Part shown: positions 17,884 to 25,474 of the stretch, one piece after another
How the letters are laid out: the number at the start of each line of letters is the position of its first letter
Numbering within the stretch: the first letter of the stretch is position 1
IMG/VR virus record: IMGVR_UViG_3300038825_000286
Coordinates: 1-30,727 of that record
Strand: one strand, 5' to 3'
Source: a virus
Taxonomy: Duplodnaviria; Caudoviricetes
DNA: 30,727 nucleotides
Notes under the pieces: generated by a model
The model's input: the letters and a program-made list of their open reading frames with translations, nothing else
What the model was told of the DNA's origin: nothing
Database searches by the model: none
Translations under genes and position numbers: made by a program

Positions 17884-18791
17884 TAAAAAGTAATTGTTTC
17901 TAATTGTTTTTCGTGTAAAATATCTTTTCCCATAAATTCAAATCCTACATTGTTAATTGACATCCGTAAACTTATAGGCTGTTCAAATGGCGTACACCTT
18001 CCACCTGTTTCGTTTTCTTTAACCTTTAATACGTGCAAGTGCGAATACATCCACTCGTTAGGATGTGATGTGTACCTATGAATACAAAGCACGTCATCAG
18101 CACGGTTTCCCCACTTACCCCCTCCTTCTACACCAGCTAACCCTAATGGCATAGGCAGGTTTTCGTATTCGTGTCCTTTTGAGTGTGTACGCCTCAATGC
18201 CTCCGTTACACCGTGAGCATTTAAAAATACCGTTACATTTTTCTTTTTAGCAAATAATCTAAATTCGCTACTCACTTGGTAGTCGTATTCGTGGCTTCCT
18301 ACTGCTCTTAGTAATTGATGGTCTTTAGCTAAACTATTATAAGGGTCTATTAATAACCCATCGTAACCCCAAGCATCTTTTACTGCGGTAGCCTCTTTTA
18401 GTAAATCCTTATAAGTATATAAATCTTCTACGTCTATAATTTTAAAATGCTTATCACACCAAACTATAGCTTCCGCTATGTCTTTTTCGGATGCTGTATG
18501 TATAGGTGTACCCATTTTAAACTCTATAATTTTTCTTACTATTGATTGTGGTGTGTTTTCACTTGACCATATTAAAAACTTTAGATTGTGTTTAATAGCA
18601 TACAAAGTAAGCAAGTAGCATATAACGGTAGTTTTACCTACGTTTGCGTGTCCTATAAGTAAATTAAAGTTTCCTTGTTTATATCTTATGTATTCGTCTA
18701 TTTCAGGGATGCCTATTCCTAAGCCTTCTTTAACCCTTCCAAACTTAATATCAAGTATTTTGTTTTTTATTTTATTGCTTTGCGTTATCAT
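17883..18791 (-). CDS. DnaB-like (SF4) replicative helicase, motor domain only
   Basis: Walker A GHANVGKT, SSEN, Walker B LLIDPYN, RADD...IHR, KVK...TGG. Confidence 0.88.
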   Translation of the reverse strand: MITQSNKIKNKILDIKFGRVKEGLGIGIPEIDEYIRYKQGNFNLLIGHANVGKTTVICYLLTLYAIKHNLKFLIWSSENTPQSIVRKIIEFKMGTPIHTASEKDIAEAIVWCDKHFKIIDVEDLYTYKDLLKEATAVKDAWGYDGLLIDPYNSLAKDHQLLRAVGSHEYDYQVSSEFRLFAKKKNVTVFLNAHGVTEALRRTHSKGHEYENLPMPLGLAGVEGGGKWGNRADDVLCIHRYTSHPNEWMYSHLHVLKVKENETGGRCTPFEQPISLRMSINNVGFEFMGKDILHEKQLETITF

Positions 18792-18943
18792 CTTGTTTGG
18801 TTTATATCTAATCCATATTTAAGTTTTTCTTTTTTAGTGTTCCTTTGTTCTCCTTCGTATTCATAGCCTAATATAGGATTTACATTGTAATTCCAAAAAT
18901 CTTTAGGCATCTTTTGTCCTGCTTTGAGTTTCTTTAAAGGCAT
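18788..18943 (-). CDS. Small hypothetical protein (51 aa, MPLKKLKAGQKMP.DFWNY..NPI.GY), not in ORF track
   Basis: Translated by hand. ATGA-coupled to the helicase. Confidence 0.7.
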   Translation of the reverse strand: MPLKKLKAGQKMPKDFWNYNVNPILGYEYEGEQRNTKKEKLKYGLDINQTR

Positions 18944-18968
18944 AAAAAAAGGGGGCTGTTACACCCCC
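18944..18968 (-). terminator. Rho-independent terminator after SSB gene
   Basis: Minus strand GGGGGTGTAACAGCCCCC-TTTTTTT. Confidence 0.75.
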
Positions 18969-18974
18969 TAATAA

Positions 18975-19298
18975 TTAAAATGGTAAATCTACATTAACTT
19001 CTCTTTGTGGGTTTTGCTGACCGTTTGTAACTTCCGTTCTTTCGGCTAATTTAAGTGTACCTTCTTTACTAATCCACTTTACACCACCGTTACCTATGTA
19101 ATTTTTTCTTTCCTTCGCCTCACTTTGTTCTTTAGTTTGCGTTTGAGAAATAGCTACATTATTACCATAGTTTGATTCTTCATTTACAAACAAAGTAATA
19201 TTAAGGTATTGACCCTTTTTACCGTTTACTATCTGTGTTTTGTCTATCTGTGATAGGTTAATGCTACCCTGTATGATAGCTACTGATTTTGTATTCAT
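18975..19298 (-). CDS. Putative single-stranded DNA-binding protein
   Basis: OB-fold-sized, with GKKGQYLN, YIGNG and an SSB-type C-terminal tip DLPF. Confidence 0.7.
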   Translation of the reverse strand: MNTKSVAIIQGSINLSQIDKTQIVNGKKGQYLNITLFVNEESNYGNNVAISQTQTKEQSEAKERKNYIGNGGVKWISKEGTLKLAERTEVTNGQQNPQREVNVDLPF

Positions 19299-19624
19299 TA
19301 TATCTTATTTAATTCGTTCTCTACTTTTTTACTAATCTTATACTGGTTTCTTAAATTCTGAATAGTATAACCTTTTTTAATTAATTCTATTGCAGCATTA
19401 TAATCAGGTGTGTTTAAGTTTAACCAGCTTTTAGTTGCTTCGTCCTTTTTAGGTAGTGGAGGTAATCCGTTACCTTGTTGCGAATCTTCTCCAATCACAT
19501 ACTGCTCAAATATCTTTGCAGTATCTATGATTTGTTGTTCGTCCCAAGACCCTTGTTTACTATAAAGGTCTGTTGCTCTATTTAAAGAACTCTGTCTAAT
19601 GATGTACAGTTGTGTTTTGTCCAT
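19298..19624 (-). CDS. Hypothetical recombination/replication-associated protein
   Basis: Likely start MDKTQLYIIRQSSL. Two small domains joined by a Pro-rich linker. Confidence 0.65.
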   Translation of the reverse strand: MDKTQLYIIRQSSLNRATDLYSKQGSWDEQQIIDTAKIFEQYVIGEDSQQGNGLPPLPKKDEATKSWLNLNTPDYNAAIELIKKGYTIQNLRNQYKISKKVENELNKI

Positions 19625-19727
19625 AGTAAATACCATTTTGAATGTTTAACTGTTTTTTAATCTTCTCGTTTTCGTCTTGCAGTTCTAAGACCTTGCCATA
19701 GAGTTCTGCTTTTGTAAATTGTTCCAT
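19596..19727 (-). CDS. Small coiled-coil protein (43 aa, MEQFTKAELYGKVLELQ...), not in ORF track
   Basis: Translated by hand. ATG lies 4 nt after the -7 element. Confidence 0.65.
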   Translation of the reverse strand: MEQFTKAELYGKVLELQDENEKIKKQLNIQNGIYYGQNTTVHH

Positions 19728-19731
19728 AGTG

Positions 19732-19759
19732 CTAATATACAAAAAAAATTTTAAACAAA
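19732..19759 (-). promoter_or_regulatory. Bacteroidota housekeeping-type promoter
   Basis: Minus strand TTTG-N16-TATATTAG(CA), with the same -7 word as 11066..11073. Spacer is shorter than consensus. Confidence 0.55.
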
Positions 19760-19786
19760 AAAAAAGGGCAACAATTAAGCTGCCCT
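19757..19786 (-). terminator. Rho-independent terminator after ninG-like gene
   Basis: Minus strand AGGGCAGC-TTAATT-GTTGCCCT followed by a T run. Confidence 0.85.
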
Positions 19787-19814
19787 AATAAAACAATAAA
19801 CGTAAAAACAAAAA

Positions 19815-20222
19815 CTAAATAAGTCTGTTAAGTCTATCAGAATAATCTTCAATCATATCCTGCAAATCCTGAATACTAAACTTTACAAGTTCTTTACTTT
19901 GTAAATATAATTCATTTGCAAGTTCCGAACCAAGAAAAATAGAATATTTATATTGCTGACCACTTTTAAACATATTGCAACCTACACATTGAGGTTTAAC
20001 GTTTCGCTCATCCCATCTTGTAGAATAATGTGTTCTACTCATAAAGTGTCCTGCTTGTATGTTTTTCCAATGGTATTGCTTATTGCAAGTAACACAAGTA
20101 CACATACCTCTACTATCTGCATTACTTAATCTAACCCATTTACTAAATACTACATCAAGTTTTTTAACTAATTTACTTCGAGTAGGTTTTTTAGCAGTCT
20201 TAGGCATAGTTTTACGCATCAA
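19815..20222 (-). CDS. ninG: NinG/Rap-family recombination nuclease
   Basis: LD.VFS.WVR, CVTC, QAGHF.SR, TRWDERN..PQCVGCN. Confidence 0.88.
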   Translation of the reverse strand: MMRKTMPKTAKKPTRSKLVKKLDVVFSKWVRLSNADSRGMCTCVTCNKQYHWKNIQAGHFMSRTHYSTRWDERNVKPQCVGCNMFKSGQQYKYSIFLGSELANELYLQSKELVKFSIQDLQDMIEDYSDRLNRLI

Positions 20223-20454
20223 GATGGTTAATTAATAGTTTACCAGTGGATTCATCTATACCCTTTATCTGCTTGTATATGTATTTACTATCTGATTTAA
20301 CTTTTTTTTTCTCACTTATAAGACTATCTATACCAAGATTTGTATATTGGTTTGCATCTAATTCAAGTAATAAATCTGTTCTTTCTTTAATTGATAATGC
20401 AAAATCTTTTGCAATTTTTTCTGCAAGTTGTTTTATAGTAATATCTTCTGACAT
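20212..20454 (-). CDS. Hypothetical early protein (80 aa)
   Basis: First ORF after the early promoter. D.LLELDA..Y.NLG.DS...IY..IK motif. Confidence 0.75.
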   Translation of the reverse strand: MSEDITIKQLAEKIAKDFALSIKERTDLLLELDANQYTNLGIDSLISEKKKVKSDSKYIYKQIKGIDESTGKLLINHLDA

Positions 20455-20500
20455 AGTAATAAAGTATTTAAGTGTTAATATTTATATCCCACTTACCCAC

Positions 20501-20531
20501 CAAAGGTAAACGTTTTTTTTTACAAAGTAAA
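20501..20531 (-). promoter_or_regulatory. Bacteroidota housekeeping-type promoter heading the early region
   Basis: Perfect -7 element TACCTTTG, with TTTA at 19-nt spacing (TTTG at 14). Confidence 0.65.
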
Positions 20532-20532
20532 T

Positions 20533-20546
20533 AGTTGTGCATAACT
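20533..20546. promoter_or_regulatory. Near-palindrome containing a DnaA-box-like 9-mer
   Basis: AGTTGTGCATAACT. Positions 20536..20544 read TTATGCACA on the minus strand (consensus TTWTNCACA). Confidence 0.45.
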
Positions 20547-20554
20547 AATGATAA

Positions 20555-20689
20555 TTATTTACCTTGTCCTCTATATTTCTTCTTGTAAAGTTTACTTGAT
20601 TTTAGGCTACTTTGTTTAGACTTTGCGTGGATGCCTTTACGCTTATTCTTAGGCTTCTTGTAGTAGTTAGTTGTTGTTTGTTTAGCCAT
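20555..20689 (-). CDS. Small highly basic protein (44 aa, ends KKKYRGQGK), not in ORF track
   Basis: Translated by hand: MAKQTTTNYYKKPKNKRKGIHAKSKQSSLKSSKLYKKKYRGQGK. TAATG-coupled to the holin. Confidence 0.8.
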   Translation of the reverse strand: MAKQTTTNYYKKPKNKRKGIHAKSKQSSLKSSKLYKKKYRGQGK

Positions 20690-21066
20690 TATCCTGTCTT
20701 ACCTTTTAATTTCTCATAAGTTCTTAAACCTCCTAATCCAAGCATACCTAAAAGTACAGTAAACAAAGGTTCAGTATCTAATATGGGGAATACGATGTTA
20801 GGATATATAGTTCTAATAATAGGGAAAGCGACATAGTGGTAAGCAAAAGCCAAACCACAAACCCAACCAATAGCAGGTCTCCAACCAGCAACAAATAAAC
20901 TGCGATGTTGTGCCTCTGCTTCATTAATTTTAGTTTGTAATTCAATTAATTCTTTAGGGTCTAATTCTTTACCCTTTATAGCTTCTCTTATTTCCCAAGC
21001 TAAATTACCTGCAACTGACTTATTTCCGTTACCACCCCTTAAAAGTCCTAATAAAAATTTAACCAT
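20689..21066 (-). CDS. Holin, 3TM (GTA_holin_3TM-like) family
   Basis: EAQHRSLFVAGWRPAIGWVC and LLGMLGLGGLRTYEK signatures, downstream of the endolysin. Confidence 0.85.
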   Translation of the reverse strand: MVKFLLGLLRGGNGNKSVAGNLAWEIREAIKGKELDPKELIELQTKINEAEAQHRSLFVAGWRPAIGWVCGLAFAYHYVAFPIIRTIYPNIVFPILDTEPLFTVLLGMLGLGGLRTYEKLKGKTG

Positions 21067-21419
21067 AGTGTACTTCCTACTGTATTAGTATGTCCAAATG
21101 ACGTTTGGGGATTTGTTTTCGTCTGAATCGACGTGTATAAAGGTTTTGGCAATACCAATCCTGTTAAATCCCGCTTTAATAAGGGAGTCAATAATAGTCC
21201 ATCTCTCTCTCGAACCACTAACGGATATATCCGCTGCTTTTCCAATAAGGTGGCTGGAATCTTTTTTCCCCTTAGCCAGTTCATTCCTTTCTTTAGTTCT
21301 GTAGCCACTATTGATTTTGAATGGTATTTGTGCGATATCACGAGCATTGTCAAGCATTGCAAGAAAATTACTATCCATATTAACCCCACTATTAGGAAGG
21401 TCTGGCGAGTCAAATTCAT
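21048..21419 (-). CDS. Candidate overprinted membrane protein (+1 frame inside endolysin)
   Basis: 123 open codons, ATG start, N-terminal hydrophobic helix. Expression is unproven. Confidence 0.3.
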   Translation of the reverse strand: MNLTRQTFLIVGLIWIVIFLQCLTMLVISHKYHSKSIVATELKKGMNWLRGKKIPATLLEKQRIYPLVVRERDGLLLTPLLKRDLTGLVLPKPLYTSIQTKTNPQTSFGHTNTVGSTLWLNFY

Positions 21420-21444
21420 CTAAACTAAAATATTTTAAATCCAT
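21085..21444 (-). CDS. Endolysin, peptidase M15 family
   Basis: INSGYR, SSHLIGKAADI, FIHVD Zn-binding motifs. Confidence 0.92.
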   Translation of the reverse strand: MDLKYFSLDEFDSPDLPNSGVNMDSNFLAMLDNARDIAQIPFKINSGYRTKERNELAKGKKDSSHLIGKAADISVSGSRERWTIIDSLIKAGFNRIGIAKTFIHVDSDENKSPNVIWTY

Positions 21445-21445
21445 A

Positions 21446-21784
21446 TTATTGGCAATCTTCTAACGATTTTACTTTTAACTTTAGGTCATCAACTTGTAAG
21501 TTGTGTTTTTCTATTGTTTTTTCTATATATATCAACCTTAGATTTTGTTCGGCGTCATCAGGCAATGCTCCCATCTCTCCTCTCGGCCACTTAATCCTAA
21601 ATTCGGTATTCATCTTCTGCTCTGCTTCCATACGCATTACAGAGACTTCTAAAGCCTGTATTTGTGATAGTAATGTAAAATATACTCCTGCAATAGAAAA
21701 CAACCCCATACCTATGCCTATTAAGGTTTTTAGGTCTATGTTGATGTCTCCTTTGCCATCTCCATCTATATCAATTTCAGCCAT
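21446..21784 (-). CDS. Lysis-cassette membrane protein (single TM plus coiled coil)
   Basis: TM LIGIGMGLFSIAGVYFTLL, heptad repeats, WPRGEMG.LP.D.EQ motif. Directly upstream of the endolysin. Confidence 0.7.
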   Translation of the reverse strand: MAEIDIDGDGKGDINIDLKTLIGIGMGLFSIAGVYFTLLSQIQALEVSVMRMEAEQKMNTEFRIKWPRGEMGALPDDAEQNLRLIYIEKTIEKHNLQVDDLKLKVKSLEDCQ

Positions 21785-21785
21785 C

Positions 21786-21899
21786 TTATTTATCGTAGGG
21801 TTTAGATATTGGTCGGTATAAAGAAGCGAACCTCTCTTTAATACGATTCATTCTGATACCTTGTATTTGATTTTGTTTAAATGATAATCCGAAAAACAT
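21786..21899 (-). CDS. Small basic hypothetical protein (37 aa, MFFGLSFKQNQ...), not in ORF track
   Basis: Translated by hand. Spaced 1 nt from both neighbours. Confidence 0.55.
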   Translation of the reverse strand: MFFGLSFKQNQIQGIRMNRIKERFASLYRPISKPYDK

Positions 21900-21900
21900 A

Positions 21901-22053
21901 CTATTTTTTTAGGGCTTTATAGATTTGTATAACTGTAAATGTGAAAGTAGAGACCAATACAAGGAATTGTACGAAAGGGTTTATCTCGCTAAAACTAAAT
22001 GCCAATGCTCCTAAATTCAATCCGTAAACTCCAAATATCTTCAAATCTTCCAT
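21901..22053 (-). CDS. Small 2-TM holin-like protein (50 aa)
   Basis: Start reassigned to MEDLKIFG. Two hydrophobic segments and a basic C-terminus. Confidence 0.6.
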   Translation of the reverse strand: MEDLKIFGVYGLNLGALAFSFSEINPFVQFLVLVSTFTFTVIQIYKALKK

Positions 22054-22099
22054 CTTATTTTCATTTTCCACTAATTGTGAAAATATAATATTTCTTATT

Positions 22100-24478
22100 T
22101 TATTTAAATGCCATATATAAATAATTTCTTCCACTGAAATTTACCGCACCGCCTGCACCTTGTAATTCAAAACCATCAGACAAAAAGTCTAATTCATACC
22201 CAGTTCCGTGGTCGGTATCTATTGCGTTTGTATCAGCTTCAAGTTGTAAATCGGCAGAATTTGTTGGGTTTCTTTTGTTATCGTATATAAACCAATTACC
22301 CCCTGCTACATCATACAATTTTATCATTACCCAACTTGGTGCAAAATCTAATGTAATTTTATTAGTAGAACTATTCCCTGCATAACTCCCTATCTTACTA
22401 TAACCCGATACGCTGTGGAAGCAATAGGCGATTGAATCTTCTCCATTGTTAGTTCTTGCTCCTACTTTAATTAGATTCTGTCCACTATTACCAAATGTAT
22501 CTATTCCTGTTTGGTCAATATCATCAGTTGTGTTTATCCTTAAAAAACTTGCAGTTGTGGCTGTTTCAGGAAATAAAGTGCTATTACCACCCACTAACCA
22601 ACTAACAGTTCCATTATCAAGTTCTTTTACGATATATAAATCAGGCTCTTGATTTAATCCGTGTCCGACTGTTGGGTTAGAAGTTGCATCTCCTGTCCAC
22701 TTCACAATACTAAACCCTGCATCTGTATTGGCACTTACTTGGCTTGTTATACTTCCATATGTGTTTGACACCGCATCGCCACCGCCTTTCCATACCCACG
22801 AAACATAGTCATCGCCTGAACTATTAACTGCGGCTTGATTACCTAAAGTAAACCCGTTAGCATCAAAAGAACTAAATTGCGTATAATTTGAATTTTCAGC
22901 AGTTGTTGTGTCTGATTCCAATCTTTTTTGAGCACCTCTAACAGTATCAAACAATGCGTGATTACTTGCTAAACTTCTTCCTTTTATCCAAACAAATCCA
23001 CCGTCGCCACCATTATCAACATCTAAATCAAAACCTACCTGCGAAATATATTGGTTTGCACTTGTACCCTCATATAACACAGTCTTAAAGTTAGATGTAT
23101 CTTCACAAGGTTTCTCTTCGTAAAGTTCGGTTACTTGGCTATCTGTAAGGGCAGATGAAAAGATGCGAGCTTGGTCAATTTGACCATCAGTATATAAATC
23201 ATCAAAATTTCCATACCACCTTCCAATCACCAAAGGTTGGTCTGTTGTAGCTGGAGTTTGTGTGTAAGATTTTGTATTTTCTAAATCTCCGTTTATATAT
23301 ATCTTAACATTTGAACCATCATAAGTTCCAACAACGTGAATCCACTCGTTTGTTGGTATAGATGAAGTTGATTGCACCATTCCGCCATTTGAATTAGCAG
23401 TACCATCTGCCCAAAATTGCAAAGGTGTTCCATTTTGATGGGCTATTGCCCAACCTATTTGTGGTGTAACTCCTGTCTTAAAGTTACCAATTACACCAAC
23501 TGATGAAGATTTAATTTGATGAAATAAAACCCAAACTGATACGCTAAAATTTGTTGTTGGTTGTTGTACAGAATTTGATGCGTATATATAACTATTTGTG
23601 CCATTAAACAATCCAGCTTGACCAAACCTGCCAAATCTGTACTCAATGTTTGATTCAGTACCATCATAGCTTCCTGTTTCATCCTCTGCTGAATTGTCCA
23701 ATTTGTAATAAGCTACATTGGTTGTAGGGTAATCTACTGTATCAGTAGTACAAGTATATACACAAGCGGTCTCATTGTAAAGTTGTGTTACTTGTGTGGA
23801 ATCTAACGCTTCAGAGAATATTCTTACTTGGTCTATATCGCCATCCCAATTAAAATTTCCTGATGATGTTGTGTATCTATCCCCAATAATACTCGCCTGT
23901 CCCACTGTGCTTGTGTTGGAAACTGTTTCTTGGTCTACTTGACTTCCATCAATATATAAGGTGGTAACTCCTGTTGATTCATTTCTTGTTACTATTAAAT
24001 TATGCCAATTTCCATCCCTTAAAGAAGTGTCCGTATGTGTTAATATATTCGTTTCACTTGAACTTGCATTACCACTTCTAACTAATATCTCTCCATTTGA
24101 GAATTTGTAAAGCACCATCAATGTTCCCGCTATCCCTTGAGCAGTACCTGAATTTATCTCTATAATACCTCTTCTTTCTGTGGAAGTTGAATTTGATGAC
24201 TTTAACCAAATAGACACACTAACGCTTGATAGTCCAGCTATAGCAGACGTTGTTATCTTACTACTACTCCCATTAAACCTTGCACCATAGTTTATTTGCC
24301 CGTCTACTCCGAAATCAACGTCAGTAGGTGTGCCATCGTAAGTACCACTTTCATCACTGGCATCGTAATCCAAAGAATATAATGCAACACCACTTGAATC
24401 GCCAAAAATGTCTGTTGTTTCAGTTAGACAAGCTGCTGCTGCTGCACCTGTATTTATTAGTCTTTTGCCTAAAGCCAT
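22100..24478 (-). CDS. Fibre/receptor-binding protein with two LamG/ConA-like domains and a C-terminal repeat domain
   Basis: Two copies of VA.Y.LD..A.DE.G.YDGT ... W.H/N ... YI(D/N)G ... IDQ.RIFS.AL...QVT.LY.E, followed by three P/F..V.IK repeats. Confidence 0.85.
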   Translation of the reverse strand: MALGKRLINTGAAAAACLTETTDIFGDSSGVALYSLDYDASDESGTYDGTPTDVDFGVDGQINYGARFNGSSSKITTSAIAGLSSVSVSIWLKSSNSTSTERRGIIEINSGTAQGIAGTLMVLYKFSNGEILVRSGNASSSETNILTHTDTSLRDGNWHNLIVTRNESTGVTTLYIDGSQVDQETVSNTSTVGQASIIGDRYTTSSGNFNWDGDIDQVRIFSEALDSTQVTQLYNETACVYTCTTDTVDYPTTNVAYYKLDNSAEDETGSYDGTESNIEYRFGRFGQAGLFNGTNSYIYASNSVQQPTTNFSVSVWVLFHQIKSSSVGVIGNFKTGVTPQIGWAIAHQNGTPLQFWADGTANSNGGMVQSTSSIPTNEWIHVVGTYDGSNVKIYINGDLENTKSYTQTPATTDQPLVIGRWYGNFDDLYTDGQIDQARIFSSALTDSQVTELYEEKPCEDTSNFKTVLYEGTSANQYISQVGFDLDVDNGGDGGFVWIKGRSLASNHALFDTVRGAQKRLESDTTTAENSNYTQFSSFDANGFTLGNQAAVNSSGDDYVSWVWKGGGDAVSNTYGSITSQVSANTDAGFSIVKWTGDATSNPTVGHGLNQEPDLYIVKELDNGTVSWLVGGNSTLFPETATTASFLRINTTDDIDQTGIDTFGNSGQNLIKVGARTNNGEDSIAYCFHSVSGYSKIGSYAGNSSTNKITLDFAPSWVMIKLYDVAGGNWFIYDNKRNPTNSADLQLEADTNAIDTDHGTGYELDFLSDGFELQGAGGAVNFSGRNYLYMAFK

Positions 24479-24479
24479 A

Positions 24480-25037
24480 TTATTCTATTTCATCAGATGG
24501 GAAAAACTGTACCTTGTATTGCAAAACAGTCCTATAAGACTTTTTAGCATTTACTTCGGCTTCTAATCTGTCGGCTTCTGTAAGTATTCCTGCTCTTTCT
24601 GTTGCAACTTCTGTATCTATGTCTATATCCCTTTCTACCTTTCTAATAACTTGCCAATCTGTAGGCTCTAACATCTTACCCGCCTTAGACTTAATCTCTG
24701 CAATCTTACTGGCTTTAATGTCTGCTATTTTATATCTTTTTTCGGTTTCCCCTGTTGGTTCGCCATCTTCTCCAATAATATCTACATCTTGACTAAAATC
24801 TATATCGGTAACGTCATAGGTAACTATTTCATTTTCTGAATCAAAGTATAAACCACCTTTTGTTTGTGTTTGTGGGTCGTAGCTTGGTTTTACAACATCA
24901 TAAATACCTAAATCTTTTAGTTCTTCGTCTGATAGGTTTCTTGCACCTCCTGCTATATACTTATCTCCTATTTTTAGTTTGTTAGGTAAGGTTTTGTATG
25001 TTAATACTATTTTCCCGTTTTCTACTGCTGCTTTCAT
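24480..25037 (-). CDS. Fibre assembly chaperone-like protein
   Basis: Start reassigned to MKAAVENG. L..TDW.V.R..ER motif of tail-fibre assembly proteins, adjacent to the fibre. Confidence 0.65.
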   Translation of the reverse strand: MKAAVENGKIVLTYKTLPNKLKIGDKYIAGGARNLSDEELKDLGIYDVVKPSYDPQTQTKGGLYFDSENEIVTYDVTDIDFSQDVDIIGEDGEPTGETEKRYKIADIKASKIAEIKSKAGKMLEPTDWQVIRKVERDIDIDTEVATERAGILTEADRLEAEVNAKKSYRTVLQYKVQFFPSDEIE

Positions 25038-25039
25038 AT

Positions 25040-25471
25040 TTAGATACTTTGTGAAATTGATAGGAAAAATGTGTTGGCTGCGGTGCAAACTACCTGTATA
25101 AAGTTTACTGCTCCTGATGTAGCACTATATTCTCCTGATATGGTTGTAATTGTGTTTGTAGCTGTGTCAAAGGTCAAAGAAGAAGTGCCTCCTGAATCCG
25201 TTACAATAATATCTTTTACATCGCCTATAGAAGCGTTAGTAAAGTTCAAATCTACTGCAATGCTCGAAGTCATTGTAAATACTGCTGCTGTATCAAAATC
25301 TACATCTACATCCGCGGCTGCTGTAAGTGCAGAAGAACCTCTTAAACTGTCTCCTGAACCGCTTTGACCATAAATGTCGGCAGTCATATTGTTTACTTTC
25401 ACAAAGGCATTTCTTAGTGGTTCTCCATCTCCTGCGTTTGCAGTACCCACGTTAATTGTTGCTCTTGCCAT
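25040..25471 (-). CDS. Fibre connector with T4 gp9/gp10-like N-terminal motif
   Basis: MARATINVGTANAGDGEPLRNAFVKVNNMTADIY. Confidence 0.65.
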   Translation of the reverse strand: MARATINVGTANAGDGEPLRNAFVKVNNMTADIYGQSGSGDSLRGSSALTAAADVDVDFDTAAVFTMTSSIAVDLNFTNASIGDVKDIIVTDSGGTSSLTFDTATNTITTISGEYSATSGAVNFIQVVCTAANTFFLSISQSI

Positions 25472-25474
25472 ATT

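Noticed and set aside
23491-23682. 63-aa same-strand nested ORF within the LamG fibre
   Set aside because: Short enough to arise by chance, with no features or context.
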